64,000 nt of DNA, taken from contig NW_027362761.1 of NCBI RefSeq assembly GCF_046119375.1, positions 537,788,001 through 537,852,000 of the forward strand, read 5' to 3'. Shown piece after piece: positions 52,213 through 62,920 of the stretch (the first letter of the stretch is position 1; the number at the start of each line of letters is the position of its first letter). The translations under genes were made by a program, and so were the position numbers. The DNA comes from Phyllobates terribilis (taxonomy: Eukaryota). Below the pieces are notes generated by a model. It was not told the origin of the DNA. It saw nothing but the letters and a program-made list of their open reading frames with translations, and made no database searches.

Positions 52213-55200
52213 AAGGGGGATTCCCATGTCCAAGATCCTATCCCAAAATATGTAGTAGGTATAATTATAATATTAGCAAATACTAGGCCATGATTAAGAC
52301 TTGTTGTCGAAGCGCGTAGGTCTTTATCTTTGCACAGTTGCACCTTGCCTGTAACACCCAATGGAGCCATATTTTTAATATGGCTAATAAAAGCTAAGTT
52401 TTATCTCCTTTCTACATGCCTGTTTCGCTGGATCAATTTTTTTTTCTTTTTCCTCAATATTATCTAAAGAAAATGTAGAGTCCCTGTGGGTGGAGATAAA
52501 GGGAGGGGGAAAAAATAATAAATTACTGATAGGGGTTTGTTATAAGTCTCCAAAAATAATGGAAGCAGCTGAGAATATCCTCGTAAAGCAAATAGATGAA
52601 GCAACGACTCAAGGAGAAGTCATTATTATGGGGGACTTCAACTACCCTCAAATAAATTGGGGGACAGAAACCTGTAGTTCAAGCAACAGTAATAGGTTTT
52701 TGACAACTATGAGAGACAATTACCTTTCACAACTGGTTCAGGACCCAACAAGAAGAGGGGCACTGCTAGACCTAATATTAACCAACAGGCCAGACCGCAT
52801 ATCAAATATACGAGTTGGGGGTCACTTGGGTAATAGTGATCACAAAATAATAAGTTTTCATGTAACCTTTAATAAGATGTGTAGTAGAGGGGTTACAAGG
52901 ACACTAAACTTCAGGAAGGCAAATTTCCAACGGTTGAGAGATGATCTTAGTACAATAAACTGGGACGATATCCTGAGACATAAAACTACACAAAACAAAT
53001 GGGAGACATTTATTAACATCCTGAATAGGACCTGTGCACAATATATACCCTGTGGGAATAAACATGCTAGAAATAGGAGGAAACCACTATGGCTAAATAG
53101 AGCTGTAAGGGGTGCAATAAGTGACAAAAAGAAAGCATTTAGAGAACTAAAGCAAGTAGGTAGTGATGAGGCATTAAATAAATATAGAAAATTTAATAAA
53201 TTCTGTAAAAAACAAATCAAGGCAACAAAGATTGAGACAGAGGGAATCATTGCCAGAGAAAGTAAAAATAATCCCAAAATATTCTTTAACTACATAAATA
53301 GTAAAAAACTAAAAAATGATAGTGTTGCCCCCCTTAAAAATAGTCTGGGTGAAATGGTGGATGAGGATGAGGAAAAAGCCAATATGCTAAATGATTTTTT
53401 TTTCAACCGTATTTACACAAGAAAATCGCATGACAGAAAACATGATTAGTGATGACAAAAATTCTCCATTAAATGTCACTTGCTTAACCCAGCAGGAAGT
53501 ACGGCGGCATCTAAAAATCACTAAAGTTGACAAATCCCCGGGCCCGGATGGGATACACCCGCGAGTACTGCAGGAATTAAGTAACGTCATAGATAGACCA
53601 TTGTTTTTAATCTTTAAAGATTCCATAATAAGAGGGTCTGTACCACAGGACTGGCGTATAGCAAATGTGGCGCCAATATTCAAAAAGGGGACAAAAACTG
53701 AACTTGGAAATTATAGGCCAGTAAGCTTAACCTCTACTGTGGGTAAAATCCTGGAGGGTTTCCTAAGAGATGCTATACTAGAGTATCTGAAGAAGAATAA
53801 CCACATGACCCAATATCAACATGGGTTTACGAGGGACCGTTCCTGTAAATCTAATCTGATCAGCTTTTATGAGGAGGCAAGTTCTGGACTGGACCAAGGA
53901 AATGCAGTGGATGTTGTGTATATGGACTTTTCAAAAGCTTTTGATACGGTTCCACACAAAAGGTTGATACATAAAATGAGAACAATGGGGATAGGGGAAA
54001 ATATATGTAAGTGGGTTAAGAATTGACTCAGTGATAGGAAACAAAGGGTGGTTATTAATGGAAAACACTCAGACTGGGTCTCAGTTAACAGTGGGGTACC
54101 ACAGGGGTCAGTATTGGACCCCCTTCTTTTTAACATATTTATTAATGACCTTGTAGGGGGCATACAGAGTAATATTTCAATATTTGCAGATGACACTAAA
54201 CTCTGCAGGGTAATCAATACAGAAGAGGACAATTTTATATTACAGGAGGATCTATGTAAACTAGAAGCTTGGGCTGATAAATGGCAAATGAGCTTTAATG
54301 GGGATAAATGTAAGGTAATGCACTTGGGCTGAGGAAATAAAATGTATAATTATATGCTTAATTGTAAAACACTGGGCAAAACTGTAACTGAAAAAGACCT
54401 GGGTGTATTGGTGGACGACAAGCTCACGTTTAGTGGCCAGTGTCAGGCAGCTGCTGCAAAGGCAAATAAAATAATGGGATGCATTAAAAGAGGCATAGAT
54501 GCTCATGATGAGAACATCATTTTACCTCTATACAAGTCACTAGTGCGACCACACTTAGAATACTGTGTACAGTTCTGGTCTCCGGTGTATAAGAAAGACA
54601 TAGCTGAATTAGAGAGGGTGCAGAGAAGAGCGACCAAGGTTATTAGAGGACTGGGGGGTCTGCAATACCAAGACAGGTTATTACACTTGGGGTCATTTAC
54701 TGTGGAAAAACGAAGGCTTAGGGGTGATCTTATTACTATGTACAAGTATATGAGGGGACAGTACAAAGACCTTTCTACTGATCTTTTTACTCTGAGGCCT
54801 GAGACGGGGACAAGGGGGCATCTTCTACGTCTGGAGGAAAGAAGATTTAATCATAATCACAGACGGGGATTCTTTACTGTAAGAGCAGTGAAACTATGGA
54901 ACTCTCTGCCGCAGGATGTTGTAATGAGTGATTCACTACTAAAATTTAAGAAGGGCATGGATGACTTTCTTGAAAAGTATAATATTACAGGTTATATATA
55001 CTACATTCCTTGATAGGGCGTTGATCCAGGGAACTAGTCTGATTGTCATATGGAGTCAGGAAGGAATTTTTTTCCCCAATGTGGAGCTTAGTGTTTGCCA
55101 CATGTGTTTTTTTTTTTGCCTTCCTCTGGATCAACATGTTAGGCTATGGGTTGAACTAGATGGACTTAGTCTTCCTTCAACCTTAAAAAAATATGTTACT

Positions 55201-55499
55201 ATGCAATATTAGCAGATACCTCCAATTAGAAATTTAGTATAGTTCTTCTGATAAACTATGTCTCTTACCCCATGTGTAGGGCATTGCGGCAGCTTAGGTA
55301 TCCATGGTTATGACAACTAACTCATTATATGAGTGCTCGTAACCATGGATACCTAAGCTACTGCAATGCCCTGTTCATGGGATAAGTGACATAGTGTATC
55401 AGATGAACTATACTACATTTCTAATTGGAGGTATTTGCTAATATTATTATGCGTACTACATATTGGGATAGGCTCTTGGAGATGGTAATACCCCTTTAA
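52213..55499. mobile_element. TTAA-flanked T2-type MITE split into 52213-52283 and 55205-55499 by a CR1 insertion
   Basis: TTAAAGGGGG...CCAAGATCCTATCCCAA on the left, TTGGGATAGGCTCTTGG...CCCCTTTAA on the right. Confidence 0.6.
52468..55204 (+). mobile_element. 5'-truncated CR1-clade LINE; ORF2 (APE endonuclease plus RT) disrupted by a frameshift and stops
   Basis: IIMGDFNYP, LDLILTN, SDH (APE); KSPGPDG, NYRPVSLTS, QHGF, DFSKAFD, SGVPQGSVL, FADDTKL (RT); RPHLEYCVQFWSP, GFFTVRAVKLWNSLP. Frameshift at the T-run near 53395, TGA at about 54026 and 54330, tail ...TATGTTACTATG. Confidence 0.95.
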
Positions 55500-55867
55500 G
55501 TTCCCACGGTGCCAAAACACAGCGGATTCTCCACTATGTATTCGCTTATGGAAAAACTGTGATTTACAGCGTCAGCAAAGTGCATGAGATTTTCAGAAAT
55601 CTGCACCTGCTGGGAAATATATCCACAGTGTAAGCTAACAGGAGCTGCGGGTGTGAGATCCACGGCATGTCAATTTATGCTGCAGATAAAGTTGCGAGTT
55701 TCACTCTTTACCATGCAAAGGGTAAAATGTCTGGCTTCTCGCAACTTTTTTTTTTTTGCAATGATATCCGCAGTGGTATATACTGTTGCTGGTCCTGAAG
55801 CCCCTACTATGTGTAGCACAGGCGATCGCAGCTTCAGGTCTCCTAAGAGGTCTACTGAACACAGTAA

Positions 55868-57895
55868 GGCTATGTTCATACATCATGTTTTTTTCAGTGT
55901 TTTTTGCTGCAGATTTTTATGCAAATTTTCAGCTGCCTTTTGCAGTACCAGCAAAGTCTATGAGATTCCAGAATTCTTAGTTCACACATCATGGGTTTCT
56001 TTTCAGGATTTTGTGCCTTTCATGGTTTTTAGGAAAATAGAGCATGTCACTTCTTTCAGCATTTTTTTAACCCATAGGAAGTAATGGGCGGTGAAAAAAA
56101 ATGCTGAAAAAATGCACCAAAAACACAGGTAAATTTTTTTTCAGCATTTTTGCAGCATTTTTTGTGCATTAACCAGAATGAGATTTTTTTTTATCACTGA
56201 ACTTTATGTACATGCATAACAGAGACAAAAGGACAGTGAAAAAAACGCTGAAAAAACGCACCTGCAAGAAAACTGCAACAAAAATCCTGAACACCCTCCT
56301 GGCAAGAGATCATGTTTTACTGCAGAAAATGAACCCAAAACAAACAATGATGTGTGAACATAGCCTAAAAAGTAAAAAAAAAAGTTTTAAAACATAAAAA
56401 AAACCCACAAAAGTTCAAATCACCCCACTTTTGCCCCATTAAAAATAAAAAAATACACATATTTGGTATCGCTGCGTTCAGAAATGTCAGATCTATCAAA
56501 ATATAAAGTAAAATAATCTAATCCTTAAACAGCGTAATGAGAAAAAAATCAAAAACCCAGAATTACGTTTTTTTTGGTCGCTGCAATAAAATGCAATAAG
56601 AGGCGATCAAAACATCGTATGTACCCCAAAATGGTATCATTAAAAATGTCAAAAACCATGGTATTGCACTTTTTTTTTTGCAATTTCTCCCCATTTGGAT
56701 TTTTTTCCCCCCGTTTTCCAGTACACTATATGGTAAAATCAGGGATGTCATTCAAAAGTACAACTCGCTCCGCAAAAAAACAAGCCCTCATATGGCTATA
56801 TGGCTCTGGGAAGAAAGGGAGGAAAAAATTAAAACAGCCAGGGTGTGAAAGGGTTAAGGGCTCTTTCGAATGTCCGTGATAATCGGTCCGATGTGGGATT
56901 GCAGTGCATGGGCTGGCCGGGCATGATGACTTCATATATTGCTATACATCAGGAGATGCACGGCCAGCCCATGCACTGCGATCCCACATCGGACCGATTA
57001 TCACGGACGTCTAAAATAGCTCAAAAACTTTTAAATGAAATTCTACAAGCAATGCAAGCACTTAGTAAGCATTTAAGTGCCTTTACACACGACATTATTT
57101 GTTGTTGGAATAGCCAGATGACACCTTCCCTTTAGGCTATGTTCCCACAATGAGCTTTTGATGTTGCAGATTTTTCTGCACCTATTAAATAAATTTGGTT
57201 GCTTATGTTTTTTCGTGCATTTTTTTGACACTGAGATTTTTGTCTCTTTTTGATGTCAACTTTCTTGATACAGTCATGTGCAGATTACATGTGTTTTTGA
57301 TGCGTTTCCGCTGCGGAAATTCATATGTGTTTTTTACCTGCGGATTTTCTGCATCTTATACAAGTCTTATGGGAAAAATCTGCACAATAAAACACAGCGT
57401 ACCCTCGAAAAAAAAATCAACATGTTGCGGATTTGAAACAGGCACCGCAGGTCAGTATATGCTGCGTAAAGAAAAGCACGGAGGGCAGGAGATTTCTATA
57501 AATCCCATCCACTTTCTTGGAACTGTAAGACGCTGCGTTTTTGTTGCAGCGAAAATGCACAGTATCAAAATTGTGGGCATGCAGCTTTAGGCCTCATTCA
57601 CACGTCAGTATTTTGCAGCAGTATTTATATGCCAAAACCAGTGTCTTTAAAACAATTATAGTTTTACGCTGTAAGCTCCACTCCTGGCTTTGTCATATAA
57701 ACACTGATGCAAAATATAGATGTGTGCATAAGGTCTTAAGCGGGATTTAAAGCCTTTTGACTTGACCGTATCGTTTGGAGGAATCCGCCTCAGTGAGGTG
57801 ACATTAGGTTACGTTCACACTGAGTTTTTTGAGTTTAGGAGGAAAGTTTCAGCTCCAAAAAAACTTCTCAAAAATCTCAGTGTGAACATACACTT
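55868..57895. mobile_element. Cluster of MITEs and DNA-transposon fragments upstream of hwa
   Basis: GGCTATGTTCACA...TGTGAACATAGCC at about 55868-56364, a GGGTTAA end near 56858, further TTAGG-type termini near 57133, 57588 and 57804. Confidence 0.6.
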
Positions 57896-58582
57896 AAACT
57901 TCAGGTTTTAAAAATTGAAATGGGTAGAATACTTGAAAGCAGTTTTTGAGGAGGATCATTTTTTAAACCTTTTTTCGAACAACTCTGTCTCAGCATAGCC
58001 TAAGGATATGTTCACGCAGAGTATTTTGATGTGAATAATCATGTTGGATCTGTTCAAAATTCTTTGTATGAACATATTTTGAGGACCACTTAGAACAGGC
58101 CCCTGCCTTATTGGCCTATTGTAACCTTAACATCATAATCACCATTATATGCTGATGTCCATTAAGCATTAGCTTTACCTCTTGACCCCTCCTCGCTCCA
58201 CTCACTGTTCTCCAGGTGTTACCCGTGGGCCGACACCGGAATAATTGATGACCCTTCTCTTAAACCCCTTATTTACAGCCAGGACATCATCACTGTTTAA
58301 GATTCTTGTATATTTATATGACTGTTGTGCTTTGGCCAGTTTGGAGGAGACTAGTGGATCAGTGGTTTACAAGTCTACATGGTCGTGGTGGAACTACAAC
58401 CCTTAGCATGTTGTAAGCTTTCAGGGCATGCTGGGAAATGTAGTCTTACTACAGCTTTCAGTCCATTGAGAAGAAGTCCACCAAACCTGACTCCTGATCC
58501 TTACTCCTGGTTCCTACTATTGAGCCTTCACTTTCCTTTCCCCCTTTATCCTATTCCAAATACTCTAGGCTCTGTTAATGAC

Positions 58583-59215
58583 ATGGCGTCGGTGGTTCCC
58601 TCTCTGCCTCCCTTAATTGGGGGGAACCCTATGGCCCAGGCTGCTCCATCTGTAGAGGAGAAGTTGATTTTGCAGCCATCACTTACGCTCCTGGTTTTTA
58701 TCCTTCTCCCATGTGTGGTTTTGTTGTTCCTCCTAAATTGCTTTTTGATTTTCTTTCGCCTTCCTGCCCTGTCCCTGGAAAAAAGGGGCAAAAGGCGAGG
58801 AGGAATATCAAGGGGCAGCAAGCAGCCAGGACAAAACAGGCCAGAGCCCAGCTGCCCAGAGAAGTCCTCATATGACAGCTATTCTGGGGTCGTCAGTCAA
58901 GGTTTGGAGGCTACATTGGCCCTGGGTGCAAGTGCTCACACACCCAGCGATAGACTCCAGTCCACCAGAGAATGGTGTTATAAGCAGAACGAGACCCCAG
59001 TGAGACCCTACCGTCTGTGCACACCACATGCCATGTCCATGCCCCGTGGCCCCTCAAGGACATGTCCATGCCCCGTGGCCTTGTCACCAAACAGAGGGGT
59101 AAGCTGGAATGAGGTTGAAGATGGGGGAGGTGGCATAACATCGTACAGCGAGCAAGAGACTCCGCAGAATGCCGCTCCACCCAACACGCCAGCCGCTCCG
59201 CAAACCCTCCCTGCG
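58583..59215 (+). CDS. hwa: huluwa orthologue, coding exon 1 (short N-terminus, single TM helix SLTLLVFILLPCVVLLFLLNCFLIFF, basic stop-transfer KRGKRR, PPNTP motif)
   Basis: The TM segment resembles remembered zebrafish Hwa SLALLILVLIPCVLLLLLLNCLF. PPNTP lies at 59177-59191. Donor GCG|gtgagt at 59216, phase 0. Start could instead be ATG 58631 or 58379. Confidence 0.88.
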
Positions 59216-59615
59216 GTGAGTAAGATACTAATAATCAAAAAGCTAAACTCCCCCTTCACCTTCAAAGTAGGTAATGAGAGCACAAAAATGATATTAACTC
59301 AGCAAGACCCCCCCCACCTCTGAAGTCAGCTGCTAGGAATTCAAATCCACCATGCTTTACCCTGCAGGTTACTCAATAGATCGGAGTAACACATCACAAT
59401 CTGCCCTTAATGGAACAGAAAGATAAACTGTGAGACCTTAAACACAAGATTTAGGGCTTGATTCATCATTGCATTTCTACCATTTTTTTTTCTCAATTAT
59501 TGACTTTGTGATTTGCAACAAATTCATCAAATTATTTGTGTCTTTTTTTTCAAGTTGTCTTTTGTTAGCTTTCTAATTTTTTTTTAACATCAATGTAGCT
59601 TTTCCAGATGTTTTA

Positions 59616-60154
59616 GGGTATGTTCACACAGTGCGTTGTTTATGCGGTTTTGATGCGGTAAATCCGCACGGCTTTGTCCCCAAAAACGCATTGCAATCCC
59701 TGTCCCAGCATTTCCTATGAGATTTGGCGAGATCTGTGCACATGATCAGGAATTTTCCTTACAGAATTTCATGTATGGAAAAAGAAGTAGCATGTCCATT
59801 CTTTGTGCGGATTTGCCTGCGTTTTTCCTATACAATGCATTGGAAAAAACACATGGCAAAAACACGCATCAAAAATATGTGGAATTTCCGCAGTGTTTTT
59901 GTTGGCAAGAAGGTGCAGAAACGCTGCAGAAATTTCTGCAAGCAAATACTGATCATGCGCACGTAACCTTAGTCCATGTTCACACTTTCAGTATTTGGTC
60001 AGTCTTTTACATCAGTATTTGTAAGCCAAAACCAGGAGTGGGTGATAAATACAGAAGTGGTGACGTGTTTCTATTATACTTTTCCTCGGATTGTTCCTCT
60101 CCTGGTTTTGGCTTCCAAATACTGATGTAAAATATTGACCATGTGAACGAGGCC
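59616..60154. mobile_element. Two head-to-tail Harbinger-type MITEs (59616-59968, 59972-60154) in hwa intron 1
   Basis: TTA at 59613, 59969 and 60155, with TIR-like GGGTATGTTCACAC / GCACGTAACC and GTCCATGTTCACA / TGTGAACGAGGCC. Confidence 0.7.
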
Positions 60155-61499
60155 TTAGACAGATCCATCCAAAATTTGTCACAACTCTACTCCAGTCCTC
60201 CCCCGGAGTGATTTTATGTACACTAGTGAAAAAGTTGCATCTATAAGACATTTTGCAAAACCTGCAACTTTTTGAGCTAAAAAGTCGCCCAAAAAGTTAA
60301 AAGGCAAAAAAACACCATTTTGATGAATTTGCTGTAAAAACAACAGTGAAAACCACAAGTCAAAAAAGAAAAGTGGCTTAAAAAAATCCAAATAATGAAT
60401 AAGCCACTAAATGTTTTCTGTTTGCAGCGTAAAGCATGTTGGGGGTTGTAGTGTTCTATGTATAGAGTATAACAGCGTCAAATTATGGTCATGCCTGGCT
60501 GTCAGATCTTGCTGGAGGTTGTAGTGATTTTTGTTTATAGCACAATAAAATTGTATTATCATTGGGTCATGTTGGGGGTTGTAGTCTAAGCACTGATTCA
60601 TCAAGAATGGCATTGTTCGGGCCGGTTTTGACGAGGGGCCGTGCTGGAGTCGCCATGCCTCTTCGTGAATCAGGACCGTCAGAGAAGTGGTGTGTCCCTC
60701 CTGTGCGCGCCTTGCCACTGATTATACTCCAGTCCCTGCTGGAGTAAGATTTGTTGCATAATTTTAGCGTAGCTGGCAGTTGTGCCAAAATTATGCGACT
60801 TTTCAAAACTTTTTATGCCAGAAAAATGATGTAAAAGCTTTGTTGAATCAGCTCCTGTTACAGTAGTATGTTTAGTGGTCAGATTTGCTGGGTGTTGTAG
60901 TTCTACACATATAGTATGTTGGCTTTGTATTATGATCAGGTCTTGCTGGAGGTTGTAGTGTTTTCTTGTTTATAGTATAATAGAATTGTATTTTGATCTG
61001 GACATGTTGGGAGTTGTAGTGTTCAATTTATGGGGTGTAATTGTCTTATAGTCATGTCTAGCAGTCGGCTCATGTTGGGGGTTGTAGTGTGCTTTGTTTG
61101 GAGTATACGGCAGACTCCTGTTTCTTGCTGATACAATCCTCACGTTTGTGATCAGGTAACTTTACAGAGATATGTGCGGAGACGTCCATATACGAAGGCA
61201 GAGTTCACATTGGACCCATGATCTACATACCCGTAGCCCAGCACCGAACTCCAATTTTTGGATCATGAAAGGGCTCCAGGTGCAGGTCATGTACATTTTC
61301 CGGAAATGCACACGGTTATATGGAATGGCATTCACTGGGTCAGTGATCATACCCAGTATTCAATTTCCAGTACACACTTGTAATATGGTCATGCTGGGAG
61401 TTGTAGTGTTGTATGTATAGAATGTAATAGAACTTTATTATGGATATGTTGGGAGTTGTAGACTTGTATATTATGCATGTTACCGTCTCTTCTCTTCAG

Positions 61500-61695
61500 G
61501 TAATGACTCCAAAGGGGAAGTTCTGCCATAAGACCAGCACCCAGAGGAAGCCTGTAGGAGCATCGTTGAACCCTTTGGGGTCTATACTGTTTGACCACGC
61601 CAGCAGTATCCCCCCGGATGACACGCCAACTCGAGTTTCAGCCAACAGCAGCTTCCAGGGTCCAGGACTGGATACTGACTTTGGGGTCAGCGCAG
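61500..61695 (+). CDS. hwa: huluwa coding exon 2 (VMTPKGKFCHKTSTQ...ASSIPP...PGLDTDFGVSAG)
   Basis: Acceptor tctcttcag at 61499, donor GCAG|gtgagt at 61696, phases 0 to 1. PGLDTDFGVSAG matches remembered Hwa PGLDSDFGASAG. Confidence 0.9.
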
Positions 61696-61835
61696 GTGAG
61701 TGCATCTAAAGTCCCCAGACATGACGGGAAACTGTAATGGGACCGTATATAGTGTAAGGGAGCACAGCCGCGTGGGATTGTGGACTAGGAGGCACCATTG
61801 TGCCCATCTCCTACATAGCTGATCACGGGTAAAGT

Positions 61836-61951
61836 CCTCATGTTGTCCTCATGTTGTCCTCATGTTGTCCTCATGTTGTCCTCATGTTGTCCTCATGTTG
61901 TCCTCATGTTGTCCTCATGTTGTCCTCATGTTGTCCTCATGTTGTCCTCAC
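61836..61951 (+). repeat. 11-bp tandem repeat (CATGTTGTCCT)n in hwa intron 2
   Basis: About 10 exact copies, ending about 13 nt before the exon-3 acceptor. Confidence 0.95.
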
Positions 61952-61964
61952 GTCTCCCCCGCAG

Positions 61965-62137
61965 GTGTCTCTCTGCACATCTTATCCTCAGACAGTGATT
62001 CCTGCTCCCAGTCCTGGGCCTCAGGGATGGAATGGGATTACTACGACCCCTGTTATATGAGGAAGAACCGGCTCCGTAGAGAAACCTGGCAGAACCACCA
62101 GCTCCCAGTCATCTGCAGCAAGCAATACTGGGTATAA
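61965..62137 (+). CDS. hwa: huluwa last coding exon (GVSLHILSSDSD...WASGMEWDYYDPCY...SKQYWV*)
   Basis: Acceptor ccccgcag at 61964, TAA at 62135-62137. EWDYYDP and terminal KQYWV match the remembered Hwa C-terminus. Spliced CDS 633+196+173=1002 nt, giving 333 aa. Confidence 0.92.
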
Positions 62138-62920
62138 GAGACTGGACACCAATGTGAGGACTACGCAGATCTGCCCCACCCCATCACCCGCCCCCCCCAA
62201 AAAAAAAGTAATCTGCACAGATTGTGCCAACTCCCCTGCAACCCAAAACTGCACCGTTGCTCTCTTGGACCTCACTCATTGTCCCCACCCCGCCCCGCCC
62301 CCAATTATCTCACTAATACCCCCACCAAATTTCAAATTCCTACTTCACATACCGCACCCCCTGTATGAGTGCATAGAATACTGCCTTACACCCTTAGAAT
62401 ATACCGCTATGACACGCTAGTACTGACCCCCTAAGTTCACACACTCTCACCAGCCCCCCCATCTTTACTTGATTCTGTGCTGCACCCCCATATACACTAG
62501 ATCCCACCTTGTTCCTTCCATTGACCTATTTTGCCCACGAGTGCCATTCTTGATTATATATGAATATTGTCCTTCACTCCCGTATTCTTCCAGCGCCCCC
62601 TCCTGACACCCCCCTCCCCTATACACAGAATTATTACCTGCACCCCAGTATTCTACGTCTAGTCTATGGCACCGTGCCACATTAATATGTTGTTTGCGCC
62701 CCTTATCTCACACTTTACCTACTCCCCCCGAGTACACAGCGCCCCCTTCAGGTGACACAAAAGAGGCTATTTCTAATATGTAAAATTAACCCTTTACCCA
62801 ACTCCCTGAAGTTTCCTACCACTCTCACTACTCCCAGCACCCCAATCTGCAGAGTTCTCATCTGGATCTCTCATGTTCAGACATTTTTTTTTATTTTTTA
62901 TTAAATTTAAATTTTTATTA
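62138..62920 (+). promoter_or_regulatory. hwa: hwa 3'UTR: CAC-rich segment followed by CPEs and an ATTAAA hexamer
   Basis: About 34 CAC versus about 7 GTG in 62138-62840 (hand count). TTTTTAT at 62888, 62895 and 62912. ATTAAA at 62900-62905. Confidence 0.55.

Noticed and set aside
52490-55013. Active LINE ORF2
   Set aside because: 5'-truncated, with one frameshift and at least two premature stops.
58790-58860. Tankyrase-binding motif in Hwa (RGSKQPG, RPEPSC)
   Set aside because: Neither fits RxxPxG convincingly.
58379-59323. The 314-aa single-exon ORF as the gene product
   Set aside because: It reads through the donor at 59216 into intron. The true C-terminus lies in exons 61500-61695 and 61965-62137.
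60420-61470. Recurrent CATGTTGGGGGTTGTAGTGT motif in hwa intron 1 as a regulatory array
   Set aside because: It resembles a dispersed, degenerate repeat motif (a similar one lies near 58425), and nothing supports a specific function.
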